Source: an uncultured Verrucomicrobiae bacterium | Lineage (GTDB): Bacteria; Verrucomicrobiota; Verrucomicrobiia; Chthoniobacterales; UBA10450 | Direction of reading: 5' to 3' | DNA length: 64,000 nt | NCBI GenBank assembly: GCA_963834385.1 | Contig: CAWIBO010000001.1 | Coordinates: 160,954 to 224,953, forward strand | In this document: piece after piece, positions 44,683-55,500 of the stretch | How positions within the stretch are numbered: the stretch's first letter is position 1 | Layout: each line of letters opens with the position of its first letter | The notes under the pieces: model-generated | Database searches by the model: none | What the model was told of the DNA's origin: nothing | Seen by the model: only the letters and a program-made list of their open reading frames with translations | Position numbers and translations under genes: made by a program

Positions 44683-45954
44683 ATGTTGGTCGAGTTACGC
44701 GTGATTATTCTGGCCGAAACACCGGCCGCGCTTTGTCGCCTCTGCGGCGTCACGATGTTAGAACGGTTGCTGCGCAATCTCCAGCGCCTTGGGGTGCGGG
44801 AGGCGATTATTCTCCCCGGGCCCGGGATTGATCCCGGCCACCTCGCGCCAGACTGGACCCGACCTGACCTGAAGGTGCAGGCGCAGCCGCGGCGCGCCAC
44901 CGGTCCCATGACCATCGACGAACTGATGCGCCTTGTGCCGGAAGGCCGGGCACTCCTGCTCAGGGCCGACGTTTATTGCGATCCGCGTCTTCTCCAGGCC
45001 CTGCTCGAGGCCACCGAAACCACGTTGCTGGTTGATTCCGCACCACCGGAGCACTGGCTAAGCCTGCTCAAGGTCGCCGACAAACAGGCCGAACTTTTTC
45101 TCTGTGGCCCGGCGCTGGTCACCCGACGGTGGCTGACGCAGAAGGATCACACGGCCTTTCTGCCGGAGACGCTCAGGCACGACCTGGCCGGGGGCGAGGT
45201 GGCCATTCTCGATGCGGCGGCCCAGCCTGCCTACGTGGTCTCGATGCGGCGCGAAATTCGGCCTTTCTGGTTTCCCGCGCCTTCGCTGCAACACGCCGGC
45301 CTGGCTGAGGGCCTGCTCCTCGATGCCGCGCAAAACGGGACGCTCGATGCCCCGGCCATTCTGCATGGCCCGATTGAGACGGCGCTGGTCTCGCGCCTCT
45401 CATGGACTCCCATTACGCCCAATCAGGTCACCTTCGTGACCATGCTCCTGGGCCTCGTGGTCACCGCCCTCTTCGTCACCGGACAACTCTGGCCGGGCGC
45501 GATCCTTGCCCTCGTCATCGGCATTCTCGACGGCGTTGATGGCAAACTGGCCCGGGTAAAAGTGGAAACCACCGCGCTGGGCCAGTGGGAACACGAGGTC
45601 GATTACGCCATCGAAACCTCCTGGTGGGCCGCGCTCGCCCTGCATTTCTCCGGGCAGCTCCCCTGGGCTTTCGCGTTTTTCGCGCTGCTTTTCCTGTCCG
45701 ATCTGGTGGATCGCCTGGCCAAGCGCCATGTGAAAAAGAAACTCGGACGCAACCTGGACGATGTAACCCGGTTCGACCGCCTCGTCCGTTTCATCGGAGC
45801 CCGGCGCAACATCTCCGTCTGGATTCTCACCGGCGGCCTGCTGCTCGGCGCCGCGCCAGCCAGTTACGCGCTGGTCTGCCTCTGGACCACCGCGACCGCG
45901 ACGGTTCACCTCTTCCGCGCGTTCCAGATTCGCCGCCCGGCCGGGCCCGCTTGA
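44683..45954 (+). CDS. CDP-alcohol phosphatidyltransferase family protein 3 with degenerate NTP-transferase-like N-terminus
   Basis: LCGVTMLERLLR.L..LG at the N-terminus; ITPNQVT; LDGVDGKLAR. Start reassigned to 44683. Confidence 0.85.
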   Translation: MLVELRVIILAETPAALCRLCGVTMLERLLRNLQRLGVREAIILPGPGIDPGHLAPDWTRPDLKVQAQPRRATGPMTIDELMRLVPEGRALLLRADVYCDPRLLQALLEATETTLLVDSAPPEHWLSLLKVADKQAELFLCGPALVTRRWLTQKDHTAFLPETLRHDLAGGEVAILDAAAQPAYVVSMRREIRPFWFPAPSLQHAGLAEGLLLDAAQNGTLDAPAILHGPIETALVSRLSWTPITPNQVTFVTMLLGLVVTALFVTGQLWPGAILALVIGILDGVDGKLARVKVETTALGQWEHEVDYAIETSWWAALALHFSGQLPWAFAFFALLFLSDLVDRLAKRHVKKKLGRNLDDVTRFDRLVRFIGARRNISVWILTGGLLLGAAPASYALVCLWTTATATVHLFRAFQIRRPAGPA

Positions 45955-45958
45955 TCGC

Positions 45959-47020
45959 TCAGGCCGCCACCGGCTGCGCGGGCTCGGAGGGCGCCGGATC
46001 GGCGTGGCGTGTCCGGATCAATTCAGGAACCCGTTTGGCCCGGGCCACGATTTCGCGACCGAGGACACGACCGGGATTTTCCACCATGAGCGAGGTGCTG
46101 ACCGCGCAATAAACGCCGCATCCCGCCTGGCAATCCTTCTTGCGATAATTCAGATACAGATCAGCCAGGGTCACATCCATGATGTTTTTGTCGGTGTGCA
46201 CCATGCTGCAGACCCAGAATTTTCCCTGCGCGGAGACGAAGAAGAGCTTGTAGCCGGCCATGCATGTCCATTCCGTCTTCTCGCCCCGGAGCAGCGACCG
46301 CTGATATTTGAGGATGGCTTCGCTGGTGTGAATGCGTTCGCCGCGCTTTTTCCGCTCGATCATTGAATCGATGAACGCCTCCAGTTCCTCTTTCGAGCCG
46401 CGCTCGACCCGGAACCGGCTCGTGGGATCGGCGTGGACCAGGCGCACCTCGGTCGGGATGCCGCGGGAGAGGCCGGTTTCGAGGACGGCACGCGATTCCG
46501 GCAGCGTGTCCTGGCAGATCACGCCGGTGATATGCAGGCTGATCTTCGAGTCCTTGAAGTAATCCAGCTTCGGCAAAATGGTCTTGAACGATTTGCGCGT
46601 GATCGGGCTCGGGGTCATCCGGTCGACGCTGATCTGCATCACCTGCAGGCCGGCTTCCTCGAGATCCTTGAGCAGTTTCCGGGTGAGGAGAAAACCGTTG
46701 GTGGTGAGACTGGTGGCAAAGCCGAGTTCGCGGCAATAGCGGACCAGCTCGACGATCTCGGGGTGCAGGAGCGGTTCACCGCCGACGAGCGCGATGCGCA
46801 TGGTGCCGAGATCGCGGATCTTTTTCACCCAGATTTTGAGGTCGGCCAGGGACGGGTGCGGCCGGCTGTTGTTGTACTCGGTGCAATAGGCGCAGTTCAG
46901 GTTGCACCGGTCGGTCACATAAAGACTGCACTGGAGCGGTTTCCGGTCGAGGAGCCGTTTCCCGGACTCCAGGACGTTATAGCCGGAGAACTCGCGGCCG
47001 ATCTTATCAAGCAATTTCAT
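45959..47020 (-). CDS. Radical SAM protein with C-terminal Cys-rich (twitch/SPASM-like) region
   Basis: CNLNCAYC, GGEP, TTNG, ISVD; CMAG...C...CQAGCGVYC. Confidence 0.9.
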   Translation of the reverse strand: MKLLDKIGREFSGYNVLESGKRLLDRKPLQCSLYVTDRCNLNCAYCTEYNNSRPHPSLADLKIWVKKIRDLGTMRIALVGGEPLLHPEIVELVRYCRELGFATSLTTNGFLLTRKLLKDLEEAGLQVMQISVDRMTPSPITRKSFKTILPKLDYFKDSKISLHITGVICQDTLPESRAVLETGLSRGIPTEVRLVHADPTSRFRVERGSKEELEAFIDSMIERKKRGERIHTSEAILKYQRSLLRGEKTEWTCMAGYKLFFVSAQGKFWVCSMVHTDKNIMDVTLADLYLNYRKKDCQAGCGVYCAVSTSLMVENPGRVLGREIVARAKRVPELIRTRHADPAPSEPAQPVAA

Positions 47021-47153
47021 GAGGGGGGCCGCCCGCGGGACGGGTTGCCATAGTAGCGGATTTGCCCCGGCTGTCACATGGAAATGCGACCGGTATCCCC
47101 ACCCCCGAGGTCACCATCCGCCTTTCATCCCGGGGCGCCCCGGTGCGTTCTGG

Positions 47154-47181
47154 ACAGGATTAACAGGATTTTTACAGGATT
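47154..47181. repeat. Three near-tandem copies of ACAGGATT
   Basis: Copies at 47154, 47163 and 47174 in intergenic DNA. Confidence 0.85.
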
Positions 47182-47253
47182 CCCTGGGACTGCTTCCGAT
47201 GGGCTTCCCAACCGTTTCTATAGTGGCTGTCCCACATAGGCGGCACTCGACCT

Positions 47254-48492
47254 TTACGCGCTGGAGCCGCGCAGGGTCACGACGGGGGCCAGCTGCGCGG
47301 CGCGCCGGGCCGGGACGTAGGAGGCAATCAGGACAGCGATCAGGGCCAGGACCGTGGCCCAGAAATAATGGCGCCAGTCCCAGGTAACGAGAAAGTGGTC
47401 GGCATAGAGGACACCCCGGATGCGGATCGGAATGCGCGAGACGCCCCAGGTCATGACCGCGCCCAACAGGCAACCGAGGATGGAGCCGGCCGCGGCGATA
47501 AAGGCGCCCTGCCAGAGGAAAATGGCGGCGATATCGTTCTGCCGGTATCCCATTGAGCGCAGGATCGCGATCTCCTTCACCTTGCTCAGGACCGACATGG
47601 TCAAAATGTTAAAAATGCCGAACCCGGCCAAAAGAATGATGAGTGAGACCGTGATGGCGGCGGACATGCGCAGGGTGAGAAAAAGCTGGAGATTGGCTTC
47701 CTCCCGGTCCTGCCAGCTCTGGGTCTCGTGCTGGAAAAGCCGTTCGAAGTGCGCCGCCAGGGCGGGGGCGCGCTGCGGATCGCGCAGCTTGTAGACGATA
47801 AGCGAGGAGCCGAACGGCTTCTTCAAGAGCGTCTGGGCGACGCGCACATGACAGTAAACGCGGGAAGCGTCGATGTTGCCGACCCCGCTGCGGGCGGTCG
47901 CCGCAACGACAAAACGGCGGTACTCGCCCCCGCGGGAGAGCAACTGGATGGCGTCGCCCGAGCCCACCCCGAGGATGCCGGCGAGACGGGTGCCAATGAT
48001 CACGGAAGCGGGGTTGTTCCGGAAATCATCGAAGCTGCCGCTAACGATCTGGTCGGCCAGGTTGGTCGCCTGCACATGGAGAACCGGGGTGACGCCGTAA
48101 AGATCAATGGTGGCGCTTTCAAACCCGGCCCGGCCGGAAAGAGTGCCGCGCAAGACCGGCGAACAGGCCACCACGTTGGAGAACCGGCGGCTGATGCGCA
48201 TGATTTCAGCGGCGTTGTTGATCCCTTCAAAAACACGACGCCGCGCCGCTGCGGCGACCGAGCCTTTCGCGGGCACGGCGAGGTTGTCGTAGCGCGGCTG
48301 GAAGCGCGAACGCAGCACCAGCGCGCCGTTGCTCCCCAGGGTCGAGTCGATGAAATCCTGCGCAAAACCGGCCGTCTGGGCCTGCGTAGTGATGAAAATG
48401 GCCACGCCAAAGACAACCCCGGCAAGGCTGAGGAGAAAGGCGCGCTTGCGGTGAAAAAGAAACCGCAGGGCGATGTAAAGCGGCGGCGTCAC
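47254..48492 (-). CDS. ABC permease, LolC/E / MacB-FtsX family
   Basis: GVVFGVA, large periplasmic domain, KEIAILRSMG, PARRAA.L.PV..LR. Confidence 0.9.
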   Translation of the reverse strand: MTPPLYIALRFLFHRKRAFLLSLAGVVFGVAIFITTQAQTAGFAQDFIDSTLGSNGALVLRSRFQPRYDNLAVPAKGSVAAAARRRVFEGINNAAEIMRISRRFSNVVACSPVLRGTLSGRAGFESATIDLYGVTPVLHVQATNLADQIVSGSFDDFRNNPASVIIGTRLAGILGVGSGDAIQLLSRGGEYRRFVVAATARSGVGNIDASRVYCHVRVAQTLLKKPFGSSLIVYKLRDPQRAPALAAHFERLFQHETQSWQDREEANLQLFLTLRMSAAITVSLIILLAGFGIFNILTMSVLSKVKEIAILRSMGYRQNDIAAIFLWQGAFIAAAGSILGCLLGAVMTWGVSRIPIRIRGVLYADHFLVTWDWRHYFWATVLALIAVLIASYVPARRAAQLAPVVTLRGSSA

Positions 48493-49640
48493 TGCATCGC
48501 GTCGTCGGAAGCGCGGCGGGTGCGCACCGGCTGGCCGGCGTGAAGCTTGTCCTGGTCCTCCACCGCGACCAGCTCACCCTCCTTCAAACCCTTGCGCACC
48601 TCACTTTTCTCGAGGGTCCGGTAGCCGATCTCCACGGAGCGAAACTCGACCAGGCCGTTGTGGATCACCACCACGCGATCAACCAGGAGCGCCCGGCTCG
48701 GCACCAGGAGAGCCTTCTCGCGCGTTCCGGTGATAATGTTCATCTCGCCCGTCATGCCCGCCATGAGATTGTCCGGCGGATCCTGCAGTTCGAGCACGAT
48801 GGAATAGCGCTGCGTTTCCGGGTCGGCCGCCGGCATGATGGAGGTGACCACGGCGGTCAGCGTGCGGCTGCGATAGGCGTAGAGCTGGACGTTGGCCTTC
48901 ATGCCGCTTTTTACCTCGCCGACGTCCTCCTCGTTCACCTCGCCGGCGATATAGTTCTTGCGCGAGGAAACAGTCAGCAACGGGTTCCCGCTCGAGACCA
49001 GTTCGCCGTCGAGGACCCGCAGATCGGAAAGGATGCCGTCGATGGGCGCGCGAATCTCCGAGCTGGACATCTGGTCCTCGAGCTTTTTGACCGCCTCGCG
49101 CAGTTCGCCCAGGTTGCGTTCGCGCTCGATCTCCTCCGTCCTGACCGCGGCTCCGAGGCGGGCGGCCTCGCTTTTGGCGCGTTCCAGCTCGACCACCGGG
49201 ACGTTGCTGAGCGCCGCCAGTTTCTCGAGTCGCTGCACGTTGGCCTCGGCCACCTTGAGCGGCTCGGCCGAGGCGGTCGGGATCTGGGAGCGCTCCAGGG
49301 CGGCGCCCAAATCGGCCTGCGCCTGTTTCAACTGCCGGGCCGTGGCCTCATCCGCAATGGTGGCCAGCAGATCGCCCTTGGCCACGGTCTTGCCGATGGC
49401 CCCGCGCCCGATCGAAAGCGCGTCGCTCAGGCTGATATACCCCGAGTTTTGCGCGCGGACCTGAATGACAAAGGCAGGCTCGATCCGCACCGTGCCGTAG
49501 ACCGCGGAGATGGCGGTGCCGCGGCGCACCGTCTGCACTTCCACGACCGGAAGGAAAAAGAAATAGTAGGTTAGCGCGACAAGCAGAAAGACCGCCGGCA
49601 GCAACCACCAGATGAACTTTCGGGGAGCAAGGAGATTCAA
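48489..49640 (-). CDS. Periplasmic adaptor (membrane fusion protein)
   Basis: N-terminal TM, coiled hairpin, IRAPIDG, V.EED...VK.G, L..GMT, GL.EG. Confidence 0.9.
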   Translation of the reverse strand: MNLLAPRKFIWWLLPAVFLLVALTYYFFFLPVVEVQTVRRGTAISAVYGTVRIEPAFVIQVRAQNSGYISLSDALSIGRGAIGKTVAKGDLLATIADEATARQLKQAQADLGAALERSQIPTASAEPLKVAEANVQRLEKLAALSNVPVVELERAKSEAARLGAAVRTEEIERERNLGELREAVKKLEDQMSSSEIRAPIDGILSDLRVLDGELVSSGNPLLTVSSRKNYIAGEVNEEDVGEVKSGMKANVQLYAYRSRTLTAVVTSIMPAADPETQRYSIVLELQDPPDNLMAGMTGEMNIITGTREKALLVPSRALLVDRVVVIHNGLVEFRSVEIGYRTLEKSEVRKGLKEGELVAVEDQDKLHAGQPVRTRRASDDAMQ

Positions 49641-49652
49641 GACAGACTCGAA

Positions 49653-50981
49653 CTAATCCAGCTTCCCCGTCGTGTCTTTTGAAAATTCGAGATAGCGGCC
49701 GGTGGCGAGGTCCCATTCCGCAAGAGTCACCTGGTGCTGGTAGGCGGCGGAGAGAAGGCCGCTCCGGGCATCGAGCAGGTTGCTCTCCGCCCCGCGAAAA
49801 TCGAGCACGGACGCGAGACCTTCCGCAAGGGAACGCCGGATCATCTCGGCGTTTTCGCCGGCGTCCTCGGCCGCGGCGGAAAAAGCGCGATGCCGGGCGG
49901 CGATGGCCCGCAGCTCCGCCTCAAGCCGGGCCAGTTCATTCGGCACCGTGGCTTCCAGCCGCGCCAGTTGTGCTTCATTCGCGCGGGCCGTTTCCTTCCT
50001 GGCGTGGGCGGCGCCACCCACCTCCCCGTTGTCGATGACCCGCCAGGTGTAGGTCACGCCGGTCCGCACCTCGGAGGAAATGATATCGTCACTGCGCTGC
50101 GGGGTGCCTTCGTTGCCGCGCCGGGTCTCCGAGACCGGGATATAGTCGCCGGCCACGACCGCCGTCAGCGCCGGATAGTAACCGGCCAGTGCGATCCGAT
50201 ATTCTTCGCGGGCGCTTTGAACCAGGCGACGGGCCAGCTCGAGATCGGGGCGCCGCTTCAAGGTCGCTTCCGTTGCCCGGGCGAGATCGTGTCTGGTCGT
50301 GGTCATGGCAAGGCTGCCGGAGGGATCGCGAAGCTGTGTCCCGGCATCGAGCCCGGCGCCCATGGCGGCATGGAGTTCAACGAGGGCGCCGCGATAGGAG
50401 CGCAGGGCCGCCTCGACGCGCGGATCGAGTTCGCGCGCGAGGAGCGTGGCGCCGATCAGGAGATTACGCTGCCCCACCCCGGCCTCGTAAAGCGCCTCCT
50501 GCGATTTGATGTTGGCGTCGAGAGCTTCCCGCTGTGAACGACGGAGCGATTCCAGCTCGCGGCTATACAGCGCGGTGAGGAAAGCGATCCGGGCGCGATG
50601 GAGCTGTTCCGACACCGCAACGTTGAACTGCTGCTGGGCCACCAGCAGGGCGACATCTCCCCGCCGACGCGAGGGCGGAATGGCGGCATTGAAAAGCGGC
50701 TGGGTGAAAACGCCGCGGGCAAAAGCGAACGGCTGCGTCGAAGCTTCGCCGGAGCGTTTTCCACCCTGCAAACCAAGGACCACGCCGAGCCGCGCCTGCG
50801 GCCAGGTCACGGCATGCAGGGTCAGACGATAACCGGCCGCCTGCTCGAGCTGCGTTTTCGCCCCAAGGATGGTGGGATTGTGCTCCAAAGTCTCCTGCAA
50901 CGCCTCGTCGAGAGTAAGCGCTCCCGCCGACCCCATGGAGACGAGGAGCGCAAAAATGGAACCGTGCAGGAACCTCCTCAT
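49653..50981 (-). CDS. TolC-family outer membrane protein 1
   Basis: LTLDEAL...L.HNP, RPDL, YYP.L, G..S.LD; signal peptide. Confidence 0.88.
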   Translation of the reverse strand: MRRFLHGSIFALLVSMGSAGALTLDEALQETLEHNPTILGAKTQLEQAAGYRLTLHAVTWPQARLGVVLGLQGGKRSGEASTQPFAFARGVFTQPLFNAAIPPSRRRGDVALLVAQQQFNVAVSEQLHRARIAFLTALYSRELESLRRSQREALDANIKSQEALYEAGVGQRNLLIGATLLARELDPRVEAALRSYRGALVELHAAMGAGLDAGTQLRDPSGSLAMTTTRHDLARATEATLKRRPDLELARRLVQSAREEYRIALAGYYPALTAVVAGDYIPVSETRRGNEGTPQRSDDIISSEVRTGVTYTWRVIDNGEVGGAAHARKETARANEAQLARLEATVPNELARLEAELRAIAARHRAFSAAAEDAGENAEMIRRSLAEGLASVLDFRGAESNLLDARSGLLSAAYQHQVTLAEWDLATGRYLEFSKDTTGKLD

Positions 50982-52399
50982 CGCCGGCCTTTCAGGCGCG
51001 CCGGCGGCCGCGCCAGATGCAGCAGGCGAAGGTCGGCGTCCTCCGCGACACGGTTTTCAACAGCGCGCACTTTCTTGTCGAACTCGGACGAAGGGGAACG
51101 GCCCCGCGCGCGGTCGAGGCGGGCCAGCGCTGCGTTATGCAGGTAAATCGCACTGAGACGGGTGGCCTTGGTCCGGGTGATGTCGGAAGCCGCCTGCAAA
51201 ACTTCGAGCTGCGTTCCCAGCCCGGCAGCGACGTTGGCCCGGGCCAGCTCGAGGGACTCGGCGGCCGTCTCAACGTTTCGGGTCTCGGCCGCGAGCACGC
51301 GATCCGCCTGCTGGAGATCGAGAATGGCGTTTCGCACTTCCATGGCCACGAGCAGCCGGGCTGAAGCCAGCGCCTGCGCGGCGGCCGTCTGCCGGGCGCG
51401 GGTGGCCTGCATCCGTCCCTTGGTGGCGAACCCATCGAAAATTTTCCAGCTCGCGTTCACGCCCACGACGTAACCGTGATTCAGTTCCTCGCCCACGGCC
51501 GGATCGCGTTCGCTGTAAACCTCGTAACCGCCAAACATATCCACCTGCGGACGCAAACCGGCGCGGTCGACCTGCAACTGGTGTTCCTCGATCGCCACAT
51601 CCGCCTGGCGCGCCAGAATCTCGGGCCGGTTGGTCTCCGCCTCGGCCAGGGAAGCGTTCAAATCCGGCTTCGCCGGGCGATACTCGAGCTCTCCCGCGAC
51701 CCGGAAGCTTGGGCCTTCCTGGTATTCCTCCGGGTCCATCCCGAAAAGGTCAGCCAGTTTGAGATGCGAGAGTTCCACCTGTTTGCGCGCGTCGATCAAC
51801 TCCGGCTCCTCGCTCGCCACCGCCACCTCCGCGCGCCGGACATTCAGTTCGCCCACGGTGCCGGCACTTAGGCGTTCCTGCTGCGTCCTGAGTTCCTGCT
51901 GGAGGACGGAAAGCGACTGCTGGCGCACCTGCACCCGGGCGCGGTTAAGGAGCAGCTCGGCAAAGGCGATGCGCACATCCATGATCACGCGGCTGGTCAC
52001 GGCCTCGAGTTCCAGGCGCTGTTTGGCGCGGTTCAAACGGGCGATGGCCATTTCGTGCGTGGTTTTCCCGCCCGTGTAGAGATTCTGCACCACGCGCAGG
52101 TTGGCGTTGTAATCATCCTCACGCAGGCGCGAGTCCTCCTGCTGCTCGCGTTTCCGGTAAAGGCCGCTGGAAAGCAATGAAGGCAGATAACCGGCCCTGG
52201 CCTCGGTCACGCCTCCCTGCGCCGCGCTCAAGCGGGCGCGCGCAATGGCGATATCGCGATTCTTTTTCAGCGCGAGCGCGATCCCCTGGTCGACATCGTA
52301 AACGGGGCCATTCCCGGCATCCGCCCCGGTGGGCAGGGTCAGGAGCAGCGCCAGGAGGATACCGGCAAAGATGCGAGAAGCGTTATGGCCGGCGAGCAT
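50978..52399 (-). CDS. TolC-family outer membrane protein 2
   Basis: AL..N.DI, YLP.L, NRPEI, W.IFDG, GLGTQLEVLQA. Start reassigned to 52399. Confidence 0.88.
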   Translation of the reverse strand: MLAGHNASRIFAGILLALLLTLPTGADAGNGPVYDVDQGIALALKKNRDIAIARARLSAAQGGVTEARAGYLPSLLSSGLYRKREQQEDSRLREDDYNANLRVVQNLYTGGKTTHEMAIARLNRAKQRLELEAVTSRVIMDVRIAFAELLLNRARVQVRQQSLSVLQQELRTQQERLSAGTVGELNVRRAEVAVASEEPELIDARKQVELSHLKLADLFGMDPEEYQEGPSFRVAGELEYRPAKPDLNASLAEAETNRPEILARQADVAIEEHQLQVDRAGLRPQVDMFGGYEVYSERDPAVGEELNHGYVVGVNASWKIFDGFATKGRMQATRARQTAAAQALASARLLVAMEVRNAILDLQQADRVLAAETRNVETAAESLELARANVAAGLGTQLEVLQAASDITRTKATRLSAIYLHNAALARLDRARGRSPSSEFDKKVRAVENRVAEDADLRLLHLARPPARLKGRR

Positions 52400-52527
52400 G
52401 GAGCAAAGAGAGCGAGGATCCTGGGGAGAGGAAGGACTGACATGACAAAAGAAAAAGGGGTGCCCGCGAGAATAACCATTGTAACAGATCAGGCTAGACC
52501 TAACTACCCTGCCAGCCGGACGTTGCC

Positions 52528-55500
52528 TCAGGCCGGGGCAGGCGCCGGGAAGACCCCGGGAGAAGCACCCGCCGACAGCGCGGCCAGCCGCTCCCATTCC
52601 CGCTCAAGCTCCTGCTCCTGGTAAAGCAGAAAAGAACCGGTGGCGGTGGCGTAAAGCGCGGTGGTCACCTCATTCCCGGTCAACCGGCGAATCGCCTCAC
52701 GATATGCGGCCATCTGCGGCCGGTAGCGTTCAAGCAGGCGGGACTCTTCCCCGCGCGTGATCCGGTTGGTTTTCCAATCCACCAGGAGACACCGCCGGCC
52801 TTCAGGGTCGTGCACCAGGAGATCGATCACACCCTCGACGCAGTTGCTCGCGTCCCGGTGCCAGAGAAAGGGATGCTCGGTCCGGACGGTCGCGCCGGTT
52901 TTCGCAAGAAATGAGGCGATCGGCGAATCCTTCCAGGCCTTGCGGAAAAGTTCCCACTCCGTCAGCGAGCGTTCAGGTTGGGGTGAGCCGGGCTGAAGAC
53001 TATCAAACGCCTTCTGCCAGTCCCTTGGCGGTGTCTGCCATGGGAAATGCTGGAAGAGAGCATGCCACCATCCGCCGTAAAGGGTGGCCGGGTTGTCCAT
53101 GAGGGAACGGGCTGCGACCGGTCCTGAACCCGGCGGCAGTTCAGCCAATGGTTCGAATCCGCTCGGGTTCTGTTTCCGGACAAAGCGCGCGGCGCGGACG
53201 CGGGCGTTCTCAACCGCGGATTGATCCAGCGGCGCAAGACCGGGGAGCGCGGCCGGCGTCGCGGCTGCGGGGGAGGCCTGACGTGCACCGGTGGCAGCGC
53301 AGGCAAGAGCCTTCTCCGGCAGGCTCTCGAACCGAAGGGTGTTTGTGTCACCAACATCGCCCCGGAGAAATTTCAGCTGGGAGTAATCGGCGGCGCGGCC
53401 CGTCTTGGGCGAGAAGAGCGGACGATCCAGGGCGAGAACAAGAGTATGCCGAGCCCGGGTGAAGGCGACGTAGAGAAGACGCTCCATCTCCTGCCGGCGC
53501 AGGAGGTTGTAAGCCTCCTTGATATCCTCCTCCCGATCTTCCTTGTGCAGCGCGGCGATCACCTCGTTCGAGCCGGGCACACGAATCAACGACGGGTATC
53601 TCGGCGAGGGGGGAATGATGCGGCGGCCCAGGAAAGGGAGGATGACGGCGTCCCACTCCGACCCTTTGGCCTTCTGCGCGGTGATCAACTGGATGGCGTT
53701 CTCGTCGGAAAGCCGGACGGGCCGCGGTCGCTCCATTTCGGCGCGGAGCTGGTCGGCGAAATCGGCCAGGGTCGCGCCCGCGGCGCCGGCTTCGGCCGCC
53801 AGGGTGAGAAGGGTGGCGAGGTCGCCGAGCGGGTTGTTAAAATCAGTCTCCGGAAGCAGGGCGAGCCGCTCCCGCAGGGCGGTTTGCTCGACGATTTGCG
53901 TGACGGCGGCGAAGAGAGGCAGCTCCAGGACCGAGGCGCGAAGGGCGGCCAGCGCCGCGATGGTGGAGGAAACGCGACCGGCGGCGGCCACGGGCGTCTC
54001 GATCTGGAAACGCTCGCCGATCCCTTCGGAAAATTGAGCGAGATCATGATCCGAGAGGCCATGGACCTCGCGCAGGACACCGACCAGTTCGTAGCCATTG
54101 CGGGGCTCAACCATGATCACGCAGAGGGCGGTCAGCCACGCGTAGGCCGGGGAATCCGCCTGGAGATCGCTTTCCGATTGCACCTCGGTCGGCAGTCCGG
54201 CCTCGCGCAGGGCAAAGGCCATGGTCCGCAGCCAATCCTTGCGCGGACAGAGAATGGCCACCTCGCGCCAACTGCGCGCGCGCAGCTTTGCCGGACCGGA
54301 CTTCTTCAACCAGCGGGCGAGCTCCCGGGCTTCGGCGCGCGCAACCTCGCGATCCTTCGGTTTTTCCATCCCGGCGACGAGCCCGGCATCGAAGGAGAGC
54401 CGGATAACCTGCCCGGGCAGAACACCGGGGCGCGGTTGCAACGTGACGTAATCAACCTGGCCCGTCGCCCCGTGCAGGATCTCGCGAAACGTTTCGTTGA
54501 CGAAATCGATCTGGCGCTGATCCAGGCGGAAAGTGACGGAGAAAGTGAGTTCGCCGCCGCTCTCGGCTGCGACCAGAGCGTCATGAACCCGGCGATACAA
54601 CGGGAGATCCGCCCGCTCATGCCAGATCGACTGCTGGAAATCACCGACCATGCAAAAACGACCCGGCCGCGGCGGATCAACCCGTGTCTCCAGCCAGCGC
54701 CCGGTCGCCTCGGGCGGCCGGGTCATTTCGAGCAAAACGGAAAACTGCGCCGGATCGGTATCCTGCGCCTCGTCCAGGATGATGATCGGATCGAGCTGGC
54801 GCAGGCGCCGCGCGGCTTCCGGATGTTGCAGGAGTTCGTCGGCCAGGGCGATCTGATCCGCATAGGTCACGACACCGCGTTCCAAACGAAAGTTCCGGTA
54901 ATCGCGCTGGACCTCCGCCGCCACGCAAATGGCGGCCTGGTTCACCCAGCGTCGCAGCGGGGCAAAGGTCTCGGCCCAGAGGCCGTCAATCTTCTGCGCC
55001 TTGGTGAAACAGATGGGCCAGCGCAGGAAACCGGCACCGGCGCGATAACCTTCCTCCCACATCCTAAGCTGTGCGATCGAATTGGCCACCGTCTCGCTCC
55101 GTTTCACGCCAGCCAGCGCCTGATGAAGCGGCGCCAGGTCGACATCGGGACGCGGTCCCGGGTGGGCGGGGTGCAGCAGAGCGGAACCGGCCGAGCGTCC
55201 CAGCTCCATGATGTGGCGCAGCGAAGCCAGTTGCAAAAGGGCCGCGCGGCTTTCATCCGCGAGCGACCGGCCCACCCGCGCCTGCTGCTGGACAAATTCG
55301 TTCCAGAGATCCTCATCGTCCGTGACCAAACCCAGGGGGGCGGGGAGGCCGAGGTGGTGGCCGTGCTCGTTCAGCAGCCTGAAGCAGAAGGAATGGATCG
55401 TCCCGAACCAGGCCTGATTGAAAGCGGCGAGGATATCCGCGCCCGGATCCTGCCGCATGATCTCCTCTCGCGCCCGCTGCTGCATTTCGTCCGCCGCCCG

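Noticed and set aside
47111..47473. Small ORF as a radical SAM precursor peptide
   Set aside because: Overlaps the permease out of frame; the NPVNPV comes from the DNA repeat; no support for coding.
53150..53160. GGTTCGAATCC T-loop-like sequence
   Set aside because: Inside addA with no cloverleaf; not a tRNA.
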